A stretch of DNA of 28,745 bases, taken from the UHGV virus genome UHGV-0139114; one strand, given 5' to 3'. Positions 27,051 to 28,745 of the stretch are shown one piece after another; positions within the stretch are counted from its first letter, which is position 1, and every line of letters starts with the position of its first letter. The DNA is from a virus. The translations under genes and the position numbers were made by a program. The notes under the pieces were generated by a model. That model ran no database searches, was not told the origin of the DNA, and saw nothing but the letters and a program-made list of their open reading frames with translations.

Positions 27051-27198
27051 CGTTTTCGAAAAATCTCTCGGTCGATGACCTGATGGCGGATGTGGCAGTG
27101 ATATTTCACTGGCCGCCATCAGAACTGTATCCCATGAGCCTGACCGAACTCATCACATGGCGCGAAAAGGCGCTCCGGCGAAGCGGAAACACGAATGA
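27023..27198 (+). other. Slippery heptamer T TTT TTG (27023-27029) and overlapping extension frame (E') that stays open to a TGA at 27196-27198, overlapping the T start
   Basis: Seen directly in the sequence; a programmed frameshift producing E+E' is known for P2. The frame relationship is discussed in the findings. Confidence 0.5.
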
Positions 27199-28745
27199 GT
27201 AACAATGTAAAATTACAGGTATTGCTCAGGGCTGTTGACCAGGCATCCCGCCCGTTTAAATCCATCCGTACAGCGAGCAAGTCGCTGTCGGGGGATATCC
27301 GGGAAACACAAAAATCACTGCGCGAGCTGAACGGTCATGCATCCCGTATTGAGGGATTTCGCAAGACCAGTGCACAGCTCGCCGTGACTGGTCAGGAACT
27401 GAAAAAAGCCAGACAGGAAGCCGCAGCACTGGCTGTCCAGTTTAAAAATACTGAACGACCGACAAATGCACAGGCAAAGGCAATGGAAGCCGCGCGTAAA
27501 AATGCGTCTGAGTTACAGGCGAAATATAACAGCCTGAGATTGTCGGTACAGCGACAGCGTCAGGAGTTGAGTCAGGCGGGTATTAATACCCGTAATCTGG
27601 CGCATGATGAACGAGGGCTGAAAAACCGTATCAGTGAAACCACCGCACAGCTTAACCGTCAGCGTGACGCGCTGGCGCGTGTCAGTGCGCAACAGGCAAA
27701 ACTTAACGCAGTAAAACAGCGTTATCAGGCAGGCAAGGAACTGGCCGGAAATATGGCCTCGGTGGGCGCTGCCGGTGTGGGGATTGCGGCGGCGGGAACG
27801 ATGGCCGGAGTTAAGTTGCTGATGCCCGGTTATGAGTTTGCGCAGAAAAACTCAGAATTACAGGCCGTGCTCGGAGTGGCAAAAGACTCTGCCGAAATGA
27901 CCGCACTCCGCAAACAGGCGCGCCAGCTCGGTGACAATACCGCCGCCTCGGCGGATGATGCGGCCGGTGCGCAGATTATTATTGCGAAAGCCGGTGGGGA
28001 TGTTGATGCCATTCAGGCGGCAACGCCGGTCACGCTGAATATGGCGCTGGCGAATCGCCGCACGATGGAAGAAAACGCCGCCCTGCTGATGGGGATGAAA
28101 TCCGCCTTTCAGCTTTCAAACGATAAGGTCGCTCATATCGGGGATGTTCTCTCCATGACGATGAACAAAACCGCCGCCGATTTTGACGGTATGAGCGATG
28201 CGCTGACCTATGCCGCACCAGTGGCAAAAAATGCCGGTGTCAGCATTGAAGAAACCGCCGCAATGGTCGGGGCGCTGCATGACGCAAAAATTACTGGTTC
28301 AATGGCGGGGACGGGAAGCCGTGCCGTGTTAAGCCGCCTGCAGGCACCGACGGGAAAAGCATGGGATGCACTGAAAGAGCTTGGTGTGAAAACCTCAGAC
28401 AGCAAGGGAAACACCCGACCAGTATTTACCATTCTGAAAGAAATGCAGGCCAGTTTTGAGAAAAACCGGCTCGGTACTGCCCAGCAGGCTGAATACATGA
28501 AAACCATTTTCGGGGAGGAGGCCAGCTCAGCCGCCGCCGTGCTGATGACTGCCGCCTCAACCGGAAAGCTGGACAAACTGACCGCTGCGTTTAAAGCCTC
28601 AGACGGGAAGACTGCAGAGCTGGTAAATATCATGCAGGACAACCTCGGCGGTGACTTTAAGGAGTTTCAGTCCGCTTATGAGGCGGTGGGGACTGACCTG
28701 TTTGACCAGCAGGAAGGCGCACTGCGTAAGCTCACGCAGACGGCC
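27195..28745 (+). CDS. T: Tail tape measure protein T, 3'-truncated by the window end
   Basis: Frame open from ATG 27195 to the window end (which is why it is absent from the ORF track); begins MSNNVKLQVLLRAVDQASRPF and is Ala/Gln-rich and coiled-coil-like. Confidence 0.85.
   Translation, partial: MSNNVKLQVLLRAVDQASRPFKSIRTASKSLSGDIRETQKSLRELNGHASRIEGFRKTSAQLAVTGQELKKARQEAAALAVQFKNTERPTNAQAKAMEAARKNASELQAKYNSLRLSVQRQRQELSQAGINTRNLAHDERGLKNRISETTAQLNRQRDALARVSAQQAKLNAVKQRYQAGKELAGNMASVGAAGVGIAAAGTMAGVKLLMPGYEFAQKNSELQAVLGVAKDSAEMTALRKQARQLGDNTAASADDAAGAQIIIAKAGGDVDAIQAATPVTLNMALANRRTMEENAALLMGMKSAFQLSNDKVAHIGDVLSMTMNKTAADFDGMSDALTYAAPVAKNAGVSIEETAAMVGALHDAKITGSMAGTGSRAVLSRLQAPTGKAWDALKELGVKTSDSKGNTRPVFTILKEMQASFEKNRLGTAQQAEYMKTIFGEEASSAAAVLMTAASTGKLDKLTAAFKASDGKTAELVNIMQDNLGGDFKEFQSAYEAVGTDLFDQQEGALRKLTQTA

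Noticed and set aside
27830-28642. Minus-strand ORFs inside the tape measure gene (27830-28012, 28030-28227, 28208-28642)
   Set aside because: The plus-strand frame is open across the whole interval and encodes a typical tape measure sequence; the minus-strand ORFs are shadows.
1-28745. CRISPR arrays, tRNA/rRNA genes, IS elements or transposases
   Set aside because: No short direct-repeat arrays with unique spacers, no cloverleaf-like tRNA candidates near the integrase end within the window, and no transposase-like ORFs were seen.

Overview
The window is essentially one P2-like (Peduovirus-type) temperate myovirus prophage from an enterobacterium. It runs from the integrase stop codon at position 1 through the immunity and replication module (int, C, cox, B, A), an AT-rich cargo island, the cos site, the head module on both strands (Q, P, O, N, M, L), the lysis cassette (X, Y, K, lysA, lysB, lysC), tail and baseplate genes (R, S, V, W, J, I, H, G), a second AT-rich cargo island, and FI, FII, E/E' into a 3'-truncated tape measure gene T. 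Gene names come from my recall of phage P2 proteins and gene order, not from any database search. Several ORF-track starts are GTG/TTG extensions and were moved to in-frame ATGs with a Shine-Dalgarno. The two cargo islands sit at the positions known to be variable in P2-like phages (the tin/old site between A and cos, and the Z/fun site between G and FI). They carry orphan genes I cannot place in a named family: a convergent 313-aa protein with an RNxxxH (HEPN-like) motif, and a membrane-anchored protein of about 230 aa next to a divergent DUF3606 / 92-aa gene pair. These are the best candidates for an undescribed anti-phage or exclusion function. No rRNA, tRNA, CRISPR array or transposase was recognised.
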